A stretch of 36,656 nucleotides of DNA from Atractiella rhizophila. Lineage: Eukaryota. Positions 35,382 to 36,656 of this stretch are shown here, in pieces. The stretch lies in NCBI GenBank assembly GCA_021432655.1, contig MU271638.1:1-36656 (forward strand). Reading direction: 5' to 3'. Under the pieces are notes generated by a model. It was not told the DNA's origin. It saw nothing but the letters and a program-made list of their open reading frames with translations, and ran no database searches. Each line of letters opens with the position of its first letter. The first letter of the stretch is position 1. The position numbers and the translations under genes were made by a program.

Positions 35382-36656
35382 CTACATCCTATCGATGACT
35401 GATTTCACGACCTCCTTCTCCGCACCTTCCATGGTTTGATATTTACCAATGAGGTTCTCAAAAGTCTTGCTCCCTTTCATTTTTTCCTCCTCCTTCTCGG
35501 CCTCCTCTGAGAGCCTCGTCTCTAAGATTGACCCGGAGTTGCTCTTCCTGTCCTCCTGACTGCTTCGTTCGCCTCCACCCTCCACATCCAGCACAGACGG
35601 CATGACCTGATGCTCAATACCGACTGCAGGATTGGAAAAGTTTTTCTTAGTTGGACTGATCAAGTTCAAAAGCTTCCCGAATCCTTTCCTCCTCGGACTG
35701 TCGACTGAAATCACCATTCCGCCATTGAGAGACGGGGATGCCAATGCGTCGGAAGACGAGATGGAATCGTAGGATTTAAACTGTCCTGGCGTAAGGACAG
35801 AGGGTGATGGGGGATAACGTCTGGAGTTTGGGGAGCGAGGAGTAGAGGTTACCGGGGCAGAGATGGTGGGAGCGGCAGAGGTATTGATGAAAAGCCCCTT
35901 AATGTTCTTTTTCGATCCTCGTTTTTGTGTTTCAGCAGGGACAGCAGATACAATCGCTCCTAAGTCTTGCGAAGGTCGATCTCCTTCTGCAACAACAGAG
36001 TGTCCAGCTTCAGAAACAGAGTTAAGGGATTCGCGACTGATGCTATTCCTCAATTCGCTCATGAGAGGCGAGTTCAAACTCTTCTTGATCGTTTTCTCCT
36101 CCTTCAACAACTGATCGAAGTATCCATCGTCCATTCTCCCCTTCTCCGAGAACACGCTGCTCTTCGCGGTCGACACATTCGACAACGGCGAATACAGATC
36201 TTGTGATCCGGTCGTAGAGTTGGATGATCCAGACACTTGGAATTCCATCTCCCACGGTGCAGGAGAGAGTTTCCTGACCTTACCGGTGAGAGGAATAGCT
36301 TTCGAATGCCCGGCGTGCTCGTCAATCGAATACGAGGAATCATCCCTAGAAATGGGAATTGCGGGAGACCAATCTTCTTCCACCTCATCCTTCGGAGGGA
36401 CTGGTGGGGACGGCGTCTGCGGTCGTTCAGGCAACTCGTGTGCGTCCAGGGTCGCAGCCGGTCCCTCCATCTCAACTTCACCCCAATCTGCCTCTCCAAA
36501 AGGCACACGCAGCGCGCTCCCATCATCCACCGACTCTGCTGAACCCGCACAGCTCTCCGCCAGTTCGTTCAAGTTGTCGGGGACAGTGGGAGGCGTAAAG
36601 ATGAGGATCGGAGTTGAGGGAGTGGGTGGTTGTTGTCCCAGTACTGGCAGAGGAGG
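35382..36656 (-). CDS. 3' part of a Ser/Pro-rich hypothetical protein (runs off the window)
   Basis: The frame is open from the window edge to the stop at 35382 (~424 codons). Low complexity with many SP sites. Confidence 0.7.
   Translation of the reverse strand, partial: PPLPVLGQQPPTPSTPILIFTPPTVPDNLNELAESCAGSAESVDDGSALRVPFGEADWGEVEMEGPAATLDAHELPERPQTPSPPVPPKDEVEEDWSPAIPISRDDSSYSIDEHAGHSKAIPLTGKVRKLSPAPWEMEFQVSGSSNSTTGSQDLYSPLSNVSTAKSSVFSEKGRMDDGYFDQLLKEEKTIKKSLNSPLMSELRNSISRESLNSVSEAGHSVVAEGDRPSQDLGAIVSAVPAETQKRGSKKNIKGLFINTSAAPTISAPVTSTPRSPNSRRYPPSPSVLTPGQFKSYDSISSSDALASPSLNGGMVISVDSPRRKGFGKLLNLISPTKKNFSNPAVGIEHQVMPSVLDVEGGGERSSQEDRKSNSGSILETRLSEEAEKEEEKMKGSKTFENLIGKYQTMEGAEKEVVKSVIDRM

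Overview
Left end of a fungal chromosome. Gene families and ~50-nt introns suggest a basidiomycete, but the species cannot be determined from sequence alone. The window starts with a (CCCTAA)n telomere (1-95). About 270 bp inward lies a spliced gene (368-2462, 9-exon model, ~490 aa) whose ordered motifs match fungal gasdermin-like (RCD-1/HET-Q1-type) pore-forming proteins. The ORF track breaks it into unrecognisable pieces. No partner protease is visible in the window. Inward of it are a degenerate ~160-bp tandem array, two divergent single-pass membrane protein genes, BET5 (TRAPP), a DHA1 MFS transporter, a PLAC8 protein, NADPH oxidase NoxB, an orphan-rich stretch (17-25 kb), a small SET-domain protein, a DHA2 MFS transporter, Ras1, an apparently frameshifted F-box/LRR gene and the 3' part of a Ser/Pro-rich gene. 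Gene models were spliced by eye and family calls rest on motif recognition, not database searches.
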